Positions 33,536-44,997 of a DNA stretch of 64,000 nt are shown in pieces (within the stretch, counting starts at the first letter, position 1; the number at the start of each line of letters is the position of its first letter). A model generated the notes under the pieces. The model made no database searches. It was not told where the DNA came from and saw nothing but the letters and a program-made list of their open reading frames with translations. Made by a program: the position numbers and the translations under genes. This stretch comes from Bryobacteraceae bacterium (GTDB lineage: Bacteria; Acidobacteriota; Terriglobia; Bryobacterales; Bryobacteraceae), in assembly GCA_036498815.1 (NCBI GenBank), contig DASYET010000028.1, forward strand, positions 241 through 64,240, written 5' to 3'.

Positions 33536-34332
33536 ACTGCGAGTCTCGCAAAACCGCGAGGCCCGGTTTCGAACCCCGGAGCAATGCGGCGGATGCGCGC
33601 GACGATTTCGTCTTGAAATTCAGGATCGAGCCACCGCGTGTGGCCTTGCACCTTGGCGATGCGGAACGCGGCTTCACGCGTGGTGGCGCCGTGGCGTTTG
33701 ACGGTGCGGACGTGCAGGGGATCGCCGATCGGGTCGCGGCCGCTGGCTTCCCGAGCGGCGACCGTGAGTTCTTCAGGATCGCAGGGAAGCAGCGGAGCGA
33801 GCGTGGCAAATGTCTCAATGCCCGCGTCGCGCAGGGCGCGGATGGTGGCGAGGCGCTCGGCGAAGGTAGGGCAGCGAGGCTCATAAAGCTTCAGCCCGTC
33901 GTCGCGATTTGTCGGCAGGGAGAAGCTGACGCGCAGAGTTGTGCGGGCGGCGATGGACTGGAGCTGGTCCAGATCGCGCAGGATCAGCGGGCCTCGGGTT
34001 TGCAGAGTGAAGACGCGCGGAGGGCGGTGAAGAACCGCTTCGAGGATGCCAGGCATCAGATGCTCGTTAGCTTCGGCAGGCTGATAAGGATCGACGAGCG
34101 GTGAACAATAGATGCGCTGGTGCTCGCGCAGCTCGCGGCGCAGCAGATCGGCGGCGTTCGCCTTAAACGTGGTGAACTGGCCCCAATGCTGCCAGTCCTC
34201 CGGCTTCAGTCCGCCGTAGATGCCGAGCGTCGGCACATAGCAGTACGTGCAGCCGAAGGTGCAGTTGCGCGCTGGTGTGAGCGAATGCGTGAATCCGGCT
34301 TCGGCGATGAAGCCGGAGGTCGCGCTCAGGAT
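33532..34332 (-). CDS. radical SAM protein (SPL/Rv2578c-like); 5' end uncertain
   Basis: The ATG-defined ORF (33532..34236) lacks the cluster motif. The in-frame codons just upstream read ...LTPARNCTFGCTYCY-M, which gives the CxxxCxxC motif. The open frame runs only to the stop at 34372-34374 and contains no ATG, GTG or TTG. ATC 34332 or CTG 34329 after GGAAG are the candidate starts. Confidence 0.75.
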   Translation of the reverse strand: MLSATSGFIAEAGFTHSLTPARNCTFGCTYCYVPTLGIYGGLKPEDWQHWGQFTTFKANAADLLRRELREHQRIYCSPLVDPYQPAEANEHLMPGILEAVLHRPPRVFTLQTRGPLILRDLDQLQSIAARTTLRVSFSLPTNRDDGLKLYEPRCPTFAERLATIRALRDAGIETFATLAPLLPCDPEELTVAAREASGRDPIGDPLHVRTVKRHGATTREAAFRIAKVQGHTRWLDPEFQDEIVARIRRIAPGFETGPRGFARLAV

Positions 34333-34360
34333 GCTGCGGGCTTCCGTGTGCCGGGTCGAG

Positions 34361-36292
<1,932 letters not shown>

Positions 36293-36330
36293 TCATCAGG
36301 TTAACAAACCGGCTCTGCTATATTTGAATC

Positions 36331-36948
36331 TTGAGCACTACGCCACCGGTTCTGGATGAGTCCATCCTGGTCTCTAAGGCCCAGGCTGGGGATTCGTCTG
36401 CATTTTCTGAGTTGGTCAGCCGCTACCAGAACAAGATTTACCGCCTGGCTAAGCACATCACGCAGAACGATGAAGACGCCGAGGATGTGCTGCAAGAGGC
36501 GTTCCTCAAAGCTTACGAGCACATCGGCGGCTTCCAGGGAAACTCGAAATTTTACACGTGGATTGTGCGGATCGCCGTGAACGAAGCGCTGATGAAGCTT
36601 CGCAAGCGGAAGTCAGACCGGACCGTGCCACTGGATGAGCCCGTCGATACGGGCGAAGAAATGGTGAACCGGGAGATCGCGGTCTGGGAGGACAACCCGG
36701 AGCAACGGTATTCGCAGTCGGAGATCCAGCAAATTCTGGACGAAGCGGTGGAGACGTTGAAGCCAGATTTCCGAACCGTGTTTGTCTTGAGAGACATCGA
36801 AGAACTGAGCACCGAGGAAACAGCGGAGGCTCTGAACATTTCGGTCCCTGCCGTGAAGAGCAGGTTGCTGCGGGCGCGCTTGGCGCTGCGCGAAAAATTG
36901 ACCCGCAAGTTCAAGCGGAAGGGAGAAGACGTCTTTGCTCACCTGTAA
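36331..36948 (+). CDS. ECF RNA polymerase sigma factor
   Basis: DAEDVLQEAFLKAYEHIGGFQGNSKFYTWIVRIAVNEALMKLRKRK (region 2) and LSTEETAEALNISVPAVKSRLLRARLAL (region 4). TTG start. Confidence 0.9.
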   Translation: MSTTPPVLDESILVSKAQAGDSSAFSELVSRYQNKIYRLAKHITQNDEDAEDVLQEAFLKAYEHIGGFQGNSKFYTWIVRIAVNEALMKLRKRKSDRTVPLDEPVDTGEEMVNREIAVWEDNPEQRYSQSEIQQILDEAVETLKPDFRTVFVLRDIEELSTEETAEALNISVPAVKSRLLRARLALREKLTRKFKRKGEDVFAHL

Positions 36949-37216
36949 ACAGTTCCTGACCGAACTTAACGATTATCTGGATCCGAGTATCGATCCGGTT
37001 ACGAAGGCTCATCTGGAACGCCACGTCGCCGAATGCCCCAACTGCTTCGTCATCGTAGACACCACGATGAAGACCTTGAAGGTATATAAAGGATGCAGCC
37101 CGCAGCAGGTACCGGAGGATCTTCAAAAGCGACTTTGGGCCGCGCTGGAACGAAAGATGGCAGCCCGAGCTCCTGGCGCCCGAGCTACCGACCCGGAAGA
37201 GAAGACCCAAGATTAG
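36935..37216 (+). CDS. small soluble ZAS anti-sigma factor (RsrA-like)
   Basis: 93 aa with no TM segment. C4-x25-H30-x3-C34-x2-C37 (HVAECPNC). TTG start that overlaps the sigma gene by 14 nt. Confidence 0.75.
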   Translation: MLTCKQFLTELNDYLDPSIDPVTKAHLERHVAECPNCFVIVDTTMKTLKVYKGCSPQQVPEDLQKRLWAALERKMAARAPGARATDPEEKTQD

Positions 37217-40205
37217 CTCTCTCCTCCAGTTTCGCCGGACAAAGCCCACCGTAAAACGAGCATCGCCGGCAGTGCTCTCCCACCCGCAACGAAAAATCCA
37301 AAGAATCCTGAGCCAGCCGAAGTGTGCGCACGCTCGACTTCGCGGCGTCCAGATCGGCCGGCGTGATGCTGACTTCCACCTCGCGGCCGGACCGCAAGTA
37401 GCACAGCACCGCTCGATCCGGAATGCGTCCGGCGTAGCGTTCGAGCGCCAGCGCGTAGAGCCGTAGCTGCAGGGCATATTCGCCGGCGCGCGATTCGTCG
37501 CGGTCGGTCTTGTAGTCCACCAGCACCAGTTCGCCCGCTTCTTCGAACCACAGGTCGATGGACCCGCGCAGAATCACATCTTCCACCGGCAACAAGAAAT
37601 CGAATTCGCGTTCGATGTGAGAGGCTCCGGCGGCGCGCATGCCGAGTGCGCCCGTCTCGAATTGCCGAGCAAGTCCGAGCGCTTCCTCCGATTCCGTGAC
37701 CTGCCCGGCCAGCGCCGCGTGCACTTCGGTGCCGAGCTCCAACGCGCCGGTTCCGGGGCCCACCGCCTCCGCATCGAGCCCCAAGTAGCGCCCCAGATAA
37801 TACTTCCGCGGACAGTTCGCGAACAACGCGACCGATGTCACGCTGGCGGAGGAATCGTGCTGCCCGCCGGGTTCCGGAGCAGCCACCACCTCCGCTGTTG
37901 CGCTCGCGGAATCCCCGCGTGCGAGCTTCGCCGTTACCACTCGATCCGCTTCCGTCGAGTCCGGAGCAGCCGCCACCGCTTGCGCCACCCAAGGGAGTCG
38001 CTTCCTTGGTTCGCTATAACTCAACACCAGCCGGTCCTTGGCCCGAGTCATCGCCACGTAGCGCAGCCGGTTCTCCTCGCCTTTGTCTTCCTCCTTCGCG
38101 CGTTCCCTCAACGCGTCGTGCGTCGCATCGGAGACCCCTGCTCCGGTCACCGGATGCCGCCACTTCACGCCTAGTCCTTCGTCCGCGGAGAACAGAATCA
38201 CGGAAGTACTGTTATCCCCGCTCTTGTGCATCGCGCTCGCGAACACCACCTTAAACTCCAGGCCCTTCGCCGCGTGGATGGTGAGGATCCGCACCGCCTG
38301 CGCGGCTTCCGGCGGAGGAGCCTCCGCTTGCGTTTGACCTTTTCTCTGCGCCTCCAGCTCCTCCAGCAACTCGGCCAGCGGACGGGGCCGCATCCGGTGC
38401 TCACTCCGCAGCCAGCCGAGCAGTTTTGCGATGTTGGCGGAGGCGCGCGCGGGCAGGGCTTCGGCATAGCCGCATTGATCGAGGGCCATTGCGATCAGGC
38501 GGTCCGGCGCTACGAATCCGGCCAGCCTCCGGATCCTTCCAAACAATTTCTCGAAGTCCTGTCGCCAACCCTCGGGACCTGTTCGCAGAATCTGCTCGTC
38601 GCCCCAGCCCATCAGAGGGCTCCGCAGCACGGCGAGTAAGGCGATGTCGTCCAGCGGATTCACCAGCGCGGCCAGGAACGCCATGAGGTCGAGCGTCTCG
38701 CGGGCCTCCAGGAACGTCCGGCCGCCGCTGACCAGATACGGAATGCCGGCTTGGTCGAGCGCTTTGCCGATAATCTCGACGGGCGCGAGCGTGCGAACCA
38801 GAATCGCGATGTGGCCCAGCGCGTAGCCTTGTTCGAGCAATTCCACGACGCGCCGCGCGATGAGAGACGCCTCCACCGCATCGCGGGCATCGCCCAGGCC
38901 CACCAGCCGCTCCACCACCGGGCCGTCGGCCGGCTCGCGCTGGGCCACGAGCGTCCGCGGCTCGATGCCCGGCTGCCCGTCGAGGGCCGTGGCGACGGCG
39001 TTCAGAATCTCGCCGCGGCTGCGATGGTTCTCGTCAAGCTCATCGATCACGCCGCCCGATTGGCGCACCGCGTCGCGGTATTGGGAAAACACGGTGCGGT
39101 CCGCGTGACGGAACGCGTAGATCGACTGGTTGATATCGCCCACGGCGAAGAACACGGACCTGGTTCCGCGCACCAAACTCACCAACTTCCATTGCAGGCG
39201 ATTCGTATCTTGCAACTCGTCCATCAGCATGTGATCGAACTGTCCCTGCACGCGAGCGCGGACCGCTTCGTCGCGCTCCAGAAGCTGGATGAGCTTCTCT
39301 TCCAGATCGGCGAAGTCGGTTGCAGCCTCGCGCCGCTTGGCTCGCGAGTATTCGATGCCGATGCGTTCGATCGCCGCGCGCAGCAGTTCGGGGAGGCCCG
39401 AGTACCATGCTTGGATCCATTGCGCCTCAAGTTGCGGATAGACCACCTTCTTGAATTCTCGCGCGGCCAGATAGCCCTTGGACGTTCGGATTCCATGCAG
39501 GTTGCAGCGGAATCGGCCGAGGACAGAAAGATGCTCTTGTGAAACAGGTTCGGCGGGCAGACCAAGGAATTCTTGGAGCCAGTCGTGCCAGTCGGTCAGC
39601 ACGGCGTCGCTGAGTATCGGCCGCACCAATTCACGAGCCTCCGGCAACACATCCATGGCCTCCCGCATCGCGGGCAACTCGTGCTCGCCCGCCAGCCGCA
39701 TCGTCTCATACACGTCGATCAAACTCGCGGCAAGATCCGGTTTGCGCTGGCCGTCGTCGGTGGACAGATCCAGCGCTTCCAACAGCCGCCGCATCTCGTC
39801 CGGCTGCTCTCCGAACATCGCGTCCAGAGCCGCCTCCGCGGCCTCACGCTCCATCCGAGCCGCCACCGCCGGATCGAGCACGCTGAAATCCGGAGGCAGT
39901 CCGGCGGCGATGCAGTTCTCCCGGAGCACCCGCATGCAGAACGCATCGATGGTGGAGACCCAGGCTCGCTCCACTTCGGTGCGCCGCTCGGGCAGCCGCT
40001 TGGCCAGCCGTTCCTTCATCTCCGTGGCGGCCTTCTCCGTAAACGTGATCGCCAGGATTCGACCCGGATCGACGTTGCGCTTCTCCACCAGCCACGCGAA
40101 GCGTTCCACCAGCACCCGAGTCTTGCCCGACCCCGGTCCCGCCACGACGCACACGTCTTGCCCGGTGCGCTCGACCGCTTGTTGCTGCTGAGCAGAGAGC
40201 GTCAC
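37185..40205 (-). CDS. addA: ATP-dependent helicase/nuclease AddA (UvrD-like helicase + PD-(D/E)XK nuclease)
   Basis: Walker A (VVAGPGSGKT), UvrD motifs (ILAITFTEKAA, MLMDELQDTN, TIHAAKGLEF) and a C-terminal nuclease (GSIDLWF...LVLVDYKTD). Confidence 0.9.
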   Translation of the reverse strand: MTLSAQQQQAVERTGQDVCVVAGPGSGKTRVLVERFAWLVEKRNVDPGRILAITFTEKAATEMKERLAKRLPERRTEVERAWVSTIDAFCMRVLRENCIAAGLPPDFSVLDPAVAARMEREAAEAALDAMFGEQPDEMRRLLEALDLSTDDGQRKPDLAASLIDVYETMRLAGEHELPAMREAMDVLPEARELVRPILSDAVLTDWHDWLQEFLGLPAEPVSQEHLSVLGRFRCNLHGIRTSKGYLAAREFKKVVYPQLEAQWIQAWYSGLPELLRAAIERIGIEYSRAKRREAATDFADLEEKLIQLLERDEAVRARVQGQFDHMLMDELQDTNRLQWKLVSLVRGTRSVFFAVGDINQSIYAFRHADRTVFSQYRDAVRQSGGVIDELDENHRSRGEILNAVATALDGQPGIEPRTLVAQREPADGPVVERLVGLGDARDAVEASLIARRVVELLEQGYALGHIAILVRTLAPVEIIGKALDQAGIPYLVSGGRTFLEARETLDLMAFLAALVNPLDDIALLAVLRSPLMGWGDEQILRTGPEGWRQDFEKLFGRIRRLAGFVAPDRLIAMALDQCGYAEALPARASANIAKLLGWLRSEHRMRPRPLAELLEELEAQRKGQTQAEAPPPEAAQAVRILTIHAAKGLEFKVVFASAMHKSGDNSTSVILFSADEGLGVKWRHPVTGAGVSDATHDALRERAKEEDKGEENRLRYVAMTRAKDRLVLSYSEPRKRLPWVAQAVAAAPDSTEADRVVTAKLARGDSASATAEVVAAPEPGGQHDSSASVTSVALFANCPRKYYLGRYLGLDAEAVGPGTGALELGTEVHAALAGQVTESEEALGLARQFETGALGMRAAGASHIEREFDFLLPVEDVILRGSIDLWFEEAGELVLVDYKTDRDESRAGEYALQLRLYALALERYAGRIPDRAVLCYLRSGREVEVSITPADLDAAKSSVRTLRLAQDSLDFSLRVGEHCRRCSFYGGLCPAKLEERANLGSSLPGR

Positions 40206-42706
40206 TGGCCGGCGCCCTCCTCAAGCTCCGCGCCGATTCCTTCCACGCGGCAGGCATCGCGAAAATCGCACCACGAACACTTCGCCGTATCCGCGGGCTT
40301 CGCCTCCACGCGGCCCGCGACGATCGAAGTGTACGCCTCCTTCATGGTGCGTTCGGCGTTGTCGATCAATTCGTGCAGCCCATCGCGCGTCCGTGCCTCT
40401 CCGATGTCCGTCAGCGCAGCCAGATTCACGTGCCAGCCGTGCCAGTGGACGCCCTTCTTGAGCCCGCAGTACAGCATGCCCACCGGCTCGAACCCCAGCC
40501 GCTTGGCCGCCAGCATGTAGACTCCGCCCTGCACCTGCGTGCCCGCTTCGCTCTCGTCCACTTTTTCTTTCACCTTCGCGCCCGCGCTGTATTTGTAGTC
40601 GATCACCAGCGCCTCATTCCGCGGCCCCAGCTCCAGGCGGTCGATTCTGCCCCGCACTTTCACGCCGGGCAGCAGGGGAAATTCGAAATCCTTTTCCGCT
40701 TCGGTGCGCCAGCCCAACTGCACCTGCTCGTCCGCGATAAAGCCCTCGAAGTGGCGCAGCATTTCCAGGCGCACCGCTTCCATGCGGTACGTCTGAGGCA
40801 CGCGGACTTTGGCGCACTCCTCTTTGAAGATCTGTTCGAACACTTCGGTGCCCAGCAGCGGCGCGCGAATCCATTCGGCCAGCGCGCGGTGCACGATACT
40901 GCCTTGCAGCAACAGGTCCAGCCGGTCGCGAGGGCTCGGAGGACGCTCTTTCAAGCGCAGCGTCTTGCCCGCGAAAAATTGAAACGGGCATTGGAGAAAG
41001 CTCTCGATGCCGGTGGCGGAAAGCTTGCGATGACGCTCCGTCAGCGCCTTCTGCAACGCCGCCTCTTCAATCGGGCCGAGGCGCGGCGCAACAACCACTC
41101 GGGAAACGGCGGGTCGCACGCTTCCTTCGCACGGCGCCGCTGCTTGATCGCCCAGGAATAAGGACCGCAGCGTGGCATCGCCTTTCTCATTGAAGCGCGA
41201 GTAGCTCAATACGGTCCGCTCGGTCGCGCGTGTGAGTGCCAGATCGAACAGAAGCCGTTCTTCCGCTTGCTGTTCTGCCGACGTTTCCATGCCCAGACGC
41301 CGGCGCGCCGGGTCGCCTAGCAGCGGATCTTCGCCGTGATACTGCGGAAAGACGCGCTCCAGCAAGCCGCACACGAACACGATGGGAAGCTCCCATTGCC
41401 GGGCTTCGAAGACGTCCATCACGTGGACCACGTCGCGTCGCACATCGGGTACGCGCAAAGGTTCCAGCGCGAGCGCGGTTTCTAGCGGCTTCCAGAACTG
41501 CTCCAGCGTGACCGCGTCCCCGCGTAAGATTTCCGCTGCCTGCTGCGCCGCCGCGTCGAATGCGGCAAGCGCCGCCGCGGTGGAGCGCCACATCGACACC
41601 TCGTCGCGCTCGGCATGATCGCGAACCACAGGTGCGGGAATCAAGCGCCGCAGCGTTTGGAAACGCGCCGCCCACTCGGCCGGACGCAGCTTCTCGCGAC
41701 GCCACGGCGTGATCGCTTCGAAGGCGCGCAGCACGGCGGGCGGATCTTTTATGGCTTCCACCGGCAGCCCGCGGCCGGGCAGCTTCTTTCGCAGATCGAA
41801 GTCGAACGAATCGCCCGCCGGAGTTGCGCCCACGCCGGAAACAGGCATTCGCAGCAACGTGCCGAGCTCTTCGTGGTCCCAGCCTGCGAGCAACGTTCGG
41901 ATCACGCCGCTGAGATACGCCACTGCCGGATGCGCGGCCGCGGGATCGGAGAAATAGCCTCGAACGGGAATGCCGAAGCGTGCCAGGGTCGTCTCGATCA
42001 GCGGGCCTAAAGGATCGCGAGACCGCAGTACGATGCCGATCTCGCGAAATCGCCGCCCTTGCGCCGCCAGCTTCAGGATGTGGCGCGCGATTTCCTCGGC
42101 CTCGCGCTCTGGAGTCGGAGCGGCAAACAATTCCTGCGGCGCTGCGAGCCGGGTCGTGTCTGGGGGAGCCTCCAATACCTCGGTCCGCTCCGCGAGCGCG
42201 TCCACCAGCGCCTTCTCTGCCGCACTGAACTTGAAGAATCCCTGGAAAATTACGGCGGAGGGCAGACTACCGTCGCCCGCGCGCACTCGTTCCGCCGCCG
42301 CGAGCAGCCGGGCATTTCGCGGAGCGAATCCGCGCGCCGCCAACTCCCTCTGCACCTCGCGAGCCAGCGCCCCCAGATCGCCACTCAGCACGTTGCCGGC
42401 GGGCAGTTCTTCGATCAGTGCCGCCAGGGCCGCATGCAGTCCGCGAAATTCCCGCAGTTCCGCGAATCGGACCGGTTTCTGACGCTCCAGCGCTTCTTCC
42501 ACCAGTAGATGCAGCAGCGCCACGGGAGCCTCCGCCGGAAGCTGCCATCCTTCGAGGAAAGCCGCGAGGGTCCCCACGCGCGAAGGCCGTACGGCGAAGC
42601 CGGAGCGGGCGAGCTCATGGCGCAAATGCTCCGCCATGGTGGCGGTCGGAGTGATGAGGTACGCGCCGGGGGTGGTGCGAAAACGTTCCAGAGCCGTGGA
42701 AGTCAA
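40202..42706 (-). CDS. addB: AddB-type helicase-nuclease subunit with Fe-S-stapled PD-(D/E)XK nuclease
   Basis: Overlaps the addA start by 4 nt. Nuclease motif GRIDRLE...LVIDYKYS. Cys ligands LQCPFQFF plus KCSWCDFRDAC at the C-terminus. I saw no N-terminal P-loop. Confidence 0.85.
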   Translation of the reverse strand: MTSTALERFRTTPGAYLITPTATMAEHLRHELARSGFAVRPSRVGTLAAFLEGWQLPAEAPVALLHLLVEEALERQKPVRFAELREFRGLHAALAALIEELPAGNVLSGDLGALAREVQRELAARGFAPRNARLLAAAERVRAGDGSLPSAVIFQGFFKFSAAEKALVDALAERTEVLEAPPDTTRLAAPQELFAAPTPEREAEEIARHILKLAAQGRRFREIGIVLRSRDPLGPLIETTLARFGIPVRGYFSDPAAAHPAVAYLSGVIRTLLAGWDHEELGTLLRMPVSGVGATPAGDSFDFDLRKKLPGRGLPVEAIKDPPAVLRAFEAITPWRREKLRPAEWAARFQTLRRLIPAPVVRDHAERDEVSMWRSTAAALAAFDAAAQQAAEILRGDAVTLEQFWKPLETALALEPLRVPDVRRDVVHVMDVFEARQWELPIVFVCGLLERVFPQYHGEDPLLGDPARRRLGMETSAEQQAEERLLFDLALTRATERTVLSYSRFNEKGDATLRSLFLGDQAAAPCEGSVRPAVSRVVVAPRLGPIEEAALQKALTERHRKLSATGIESFLQCPFQFFAGKTLRLKERPPSPRDRLDLLLQGSIVHRALAEWIRAPLLGTEVFEQIFKEECAKVRVPQTYRMEAVRLEMLRHFEGFIADEQVQLGWRTEAEKDFEFPLLPGVKVRGRIDRLELGPRNEALVIDYKYSAGAKVKEKVDESEAGTQVQGGVYMLAAKRLGFEPVGMLYCGLKKGVHWHGWHVNLAALTDIGEARTRDGLHELIDNAERTMKEAYTSIVAGRVEAKPADTAKCSWCDFRDACRVEGIGAELEEGAGQ

Positions 42707-42727
42707 GCTCTATAGTGACACACGGAC

Positions 42728-43126
42728 TTACTTCGGGGCGCCCTGCAACTGCGGCGCAAGCTGGTCCATCATCTCTTCGAACTTGCCGCGCTGTGCCGGA
42801 TCCAGAATCTGCAGGATCTGGGTCTTGCCGGTCGCGCGGACGTCGTCCAGCTGATCCTGCAAGCTCTGATAATACTGGGTGTAGTCTTCCAGAACCTTGG
42901 CGATCTTGTCGGATTGCGCCGGACTCAACCCCAGTTCGGACTTGAACTTCTGCAACACCGCATCCCGGGGCGAAGCCGCCGCCGAAACTGAACTGTGATG
43001 CAGCTTATCGTGCAGCCCCAGTTGCATCCACAACGCGCCCGAAGCCGCCCCGGCCAGGAATACCAACATCAGTGTCGAAAGAATCCGCGGATTCTGCCAG
43101 GGTGCTCGTGCGGTCGCCACCATCAT
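42728..43126 (-). CDS. periplasmic CpxP/Spy-like (LTXXQ-type) stress protein
   Basis: N-terminal TM/signal segment (ILSTLMLVFLAGAASGALWM), two LxPxQ motifs (LSPAQSDKI, LDPAQRGKF) and helical Q/D/K-rich composition. Last gene of the sigma / anti-sigma operon. Confidence 0.7.
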   Translation of the reverse strand: MMVATARAPWQNPRILSTLMLVFLAGAASGALWMQLGLHDKLHHSSVSAAASPRDAVLQKFKSELGLSPAQSDKIAKVLEDYTQYYQSLQDQLDDVRATGKTQILQILDPAQRGKFEEMMDQLAPQLQGAPK

Positions 43127-43132
43127 AGGGAA

Positions 43133-43594
43133 TTACTGCCCCCGGTATGTGACCAGGTTCACCAGCACCGTGTCGCTATCGGGGGAATCCGCCATCACGG
43201 CCGCGTGCACGGAAGAAGAATCCGATGCGGGGCCGCGGTCCGCCAGTTGTTCGGAGGAAACCAGGTACACGCTCAGGCACAGAGCCAGCGCCATGGAGGC
43301 CATCGCCACGCGCCGCCCCAGCGGGGAATCGAAGAACAGACTCCAAATGGATTCCGCGCCCTGCGCCTCAATGCGTTCCATCACGCGCGCGTAAAATCCC
43401 GCGCGAGGCTCTACGTCGCTTTCCGAAGTCCGCAAGCCACGCAGCAGAGAGGACTGCTCCCGCATCCCCGCGATCTGGTCGCGGCAACCCGAGCACCCCG
43501 CCAAGTGCTCCCGGGCCGTGGCGTCGTTTGACCCGGTAAGAACCTGCTCTACTTGATCCCGCATCTGTCGATGCATGGTAGTTCCTTCCCTCAA
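43133..43594 (-). CDS. zf-HC2 anti-sigma factor, single TM
   Basis: HLAGCSGC motif, but no Cys 26 residues before the His. TM segment AMASMALALCLSVYLV. Confidence 0.8.
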   Translation of the reverse strand: MREGTTMHRQMRDQVEQVLTGSNDATAREHLAGCSGCRDQIAGMREQSSLLRGLRTSESDVEPRAGFYARVMERIEAQGAESIWSLFFDSPLGRRVAMASMALALCLSVYLVSSEQLADRGPASDSSSVHAAVMADSPDSDTVLVNLVTYRGQ

Positions 43595-43625
43595 TCCAAG
43601 AAAAAATCAGTTTACGTTCGCGAGT

Positions 43626-44303
43626 CTATTGCTCGCTGTTCGTTCTTAACGCAACCCGGCCTCGCCCCAGACGCTGCGCTGCTTTGAGCAGCTTCTGCCG
43701 GGTGCGGAACAATTTAACCTTTATTGTATTCTCGTTCAAGCCGGTCAGGGCGGCCAGCTCTTCCACCGAGTGGCCCTCCACTTCTTTCAACAGGATCAGA
43801 CTGCGATCCTCGGCGGACACCTTGCTTAACAGCTTCACCACCAGATCGTGCCGCGCAATCTGCTGATCCACCGGTGCGCACGGGTCGATGGCCGGCTCGC
43901 TGGTTTCCAGCCGTTGGGCGTCTTCCTGGGAAAAATCGCTTTCGTACACCAGCTTGCGCACGCGCTTCTTGCGCAGGTAGTCGTAGCACTCGTTCACCGT
44001 GATCTTGTAGATCCAGGTGAGCAGCGAACTCCGGAAGTCGAAGTTGCGGATGGAAAAATAGATCTTGGAAAAGACCTGCTGGGCAATGTCCTCGGCGTCG
44101 TTGTGATTCCGCAGGATGCCGTAGATGATGGAGAAAACTTTCGCCTGATACCGCTCCACGATCTCGCGGAACGCCATCTCATCGCGGGCTTGGACACGCC
44201 GGACAAGGGCGGCCTCTTCGCTGGTCTTGTGGTCCACTCGAGTCTTGGCCCGCGCCTGCCCCTCTAGTGCCGGAAATGCGAGTGTTTCGCTCAATCCACT
44301 CAT
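43626..44303 (-). CDS. ECF RNA polymerase sigma factor
   Basis: DAEDIAQQVFSKIYFSIRNFDFRSSLLTWIYKITVNECYDYLRKKR (region 2) and HSVEELAALTGLNENTIKVKLFRTRQKL (region 4). Confidence 0.9.
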   Translation of the reverse strand: MSGLSETLAFPALEGQARAKTRVDHKTSEEAALVRRVQARDEMAFREIVERYQAKVFSIIYGILRNHNDAEDIAQQVFSKIYFSIRNFDFRSSLLTWIYKITVNECYDYLRKKRVRKLVYESDFSQEDAQRLETSEPAIDPCAPVDQQIARHDLVVKLLSKVSAEDRSLILLKEVEGHSVEELAALTGLNENTIKVKLFRTRQKLLKAAQRLGRGRVALRTNSEQ

Positions 44304-44485
44304 TCTACTTGTTCCGACGCGGCCCGCTCCAACAGGGTTTCAGGCTGTTTCCCCACGATAGCAGATTCAGGCCCCCGGCAGTCCCTCTTTTCCAATCCCA
44401 CCGGCCGGTGTACAATAAGATTGGCGTACACTGAGGTGAATCGCACCCCGTGCCGCCAGCATCAAAAGGAGCGGGAATACCCCCT

Positions 44486-44809
44486 ATGGTTCAGTTAACA
44501 GAAACGGCAGTCGGCAAAGTGAAGGAAATCCTGGATTCACAGGAGCCCAAGCCCGCAGGGCTACGGATCTCCGTGGTCGGCGGCGGTTGCTCCGGGTTCA
44601 GCTACTCCATGACATTCGAGAATAGTCCTGGCATGCTGGACAAAACCTACAAGTATGGCGATCTGAAGGTCTTCATCGACCAAGCCAGCCTGCTCTACCT
44701 CAAAGGCGCAGAGGTGGATTACGTGGAGAGCCTGGAAGGCTCCGGGTTCAAGTTCAACAACCCCAATGTGAAGTCCACCTGCGGTTGTGGCAGCTCGTTC
44801 AGCGCCTAA
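44486..44809 (+). CDS. erpA: A-type Fe-S cluster insertion/carrier protein (ErpA/IscA)
   Basis: GGGCSGFSYSMTF and the C-terminal NPNVKSTCGCGSSFSA are canonical HesB/IscA Cys ligands. I prefer the start at the internal ATG (M13 of the GTG-started ORF). Confidence 0.93.
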   Translation: MVQLTETAVGKVKEILDSQEPKPAGLRISVVGGGCSGFSYSMTFENSPGMLDKTYKYGDLKVFIDQASLLYLKGAEVDYVESLEGSGFKFNNPNVKSTCGCGSSFSA

Positions 44810-44839
44810 GCCCGAGGGCCTCATCCTAAACGTCTCAAA

Positions 44840-44871
44840 GCCGGCCTCCCGAAGGGGAGCCGGCTTTTTTG
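44840..44871 (+). terminator. rho-independent terminator after erpA
   Basis: GCCGGCCTCCC-GAA-GGGGAGCCGGC stem (one mismatch, one G-U pair) followed by TTTTTT. Confidence 0.7.
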
Positions 44872-44997
44872 TTACCCAGTCTATTCTTGATGCGGTCGTC
44901 GTGGCCGTCGCCCCGCCCTGCACTGTCCCCTAAACGTAAAAACCGGCGGGGAGGTTGCCCTCCCCGCCGGCCCAAGTCGAAGGATAGAACTCGGTAG

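Noticed and set aside
44304-44330. GGAAC word upstream of the ECF sigma gene 43626..44303, as a possible ECF -35 element
   Set aside because: It lies only 8-12 nt from the start codon, too close to serve as a -35, and no matching -10 (CGT/GTC) lies at the right spacing.
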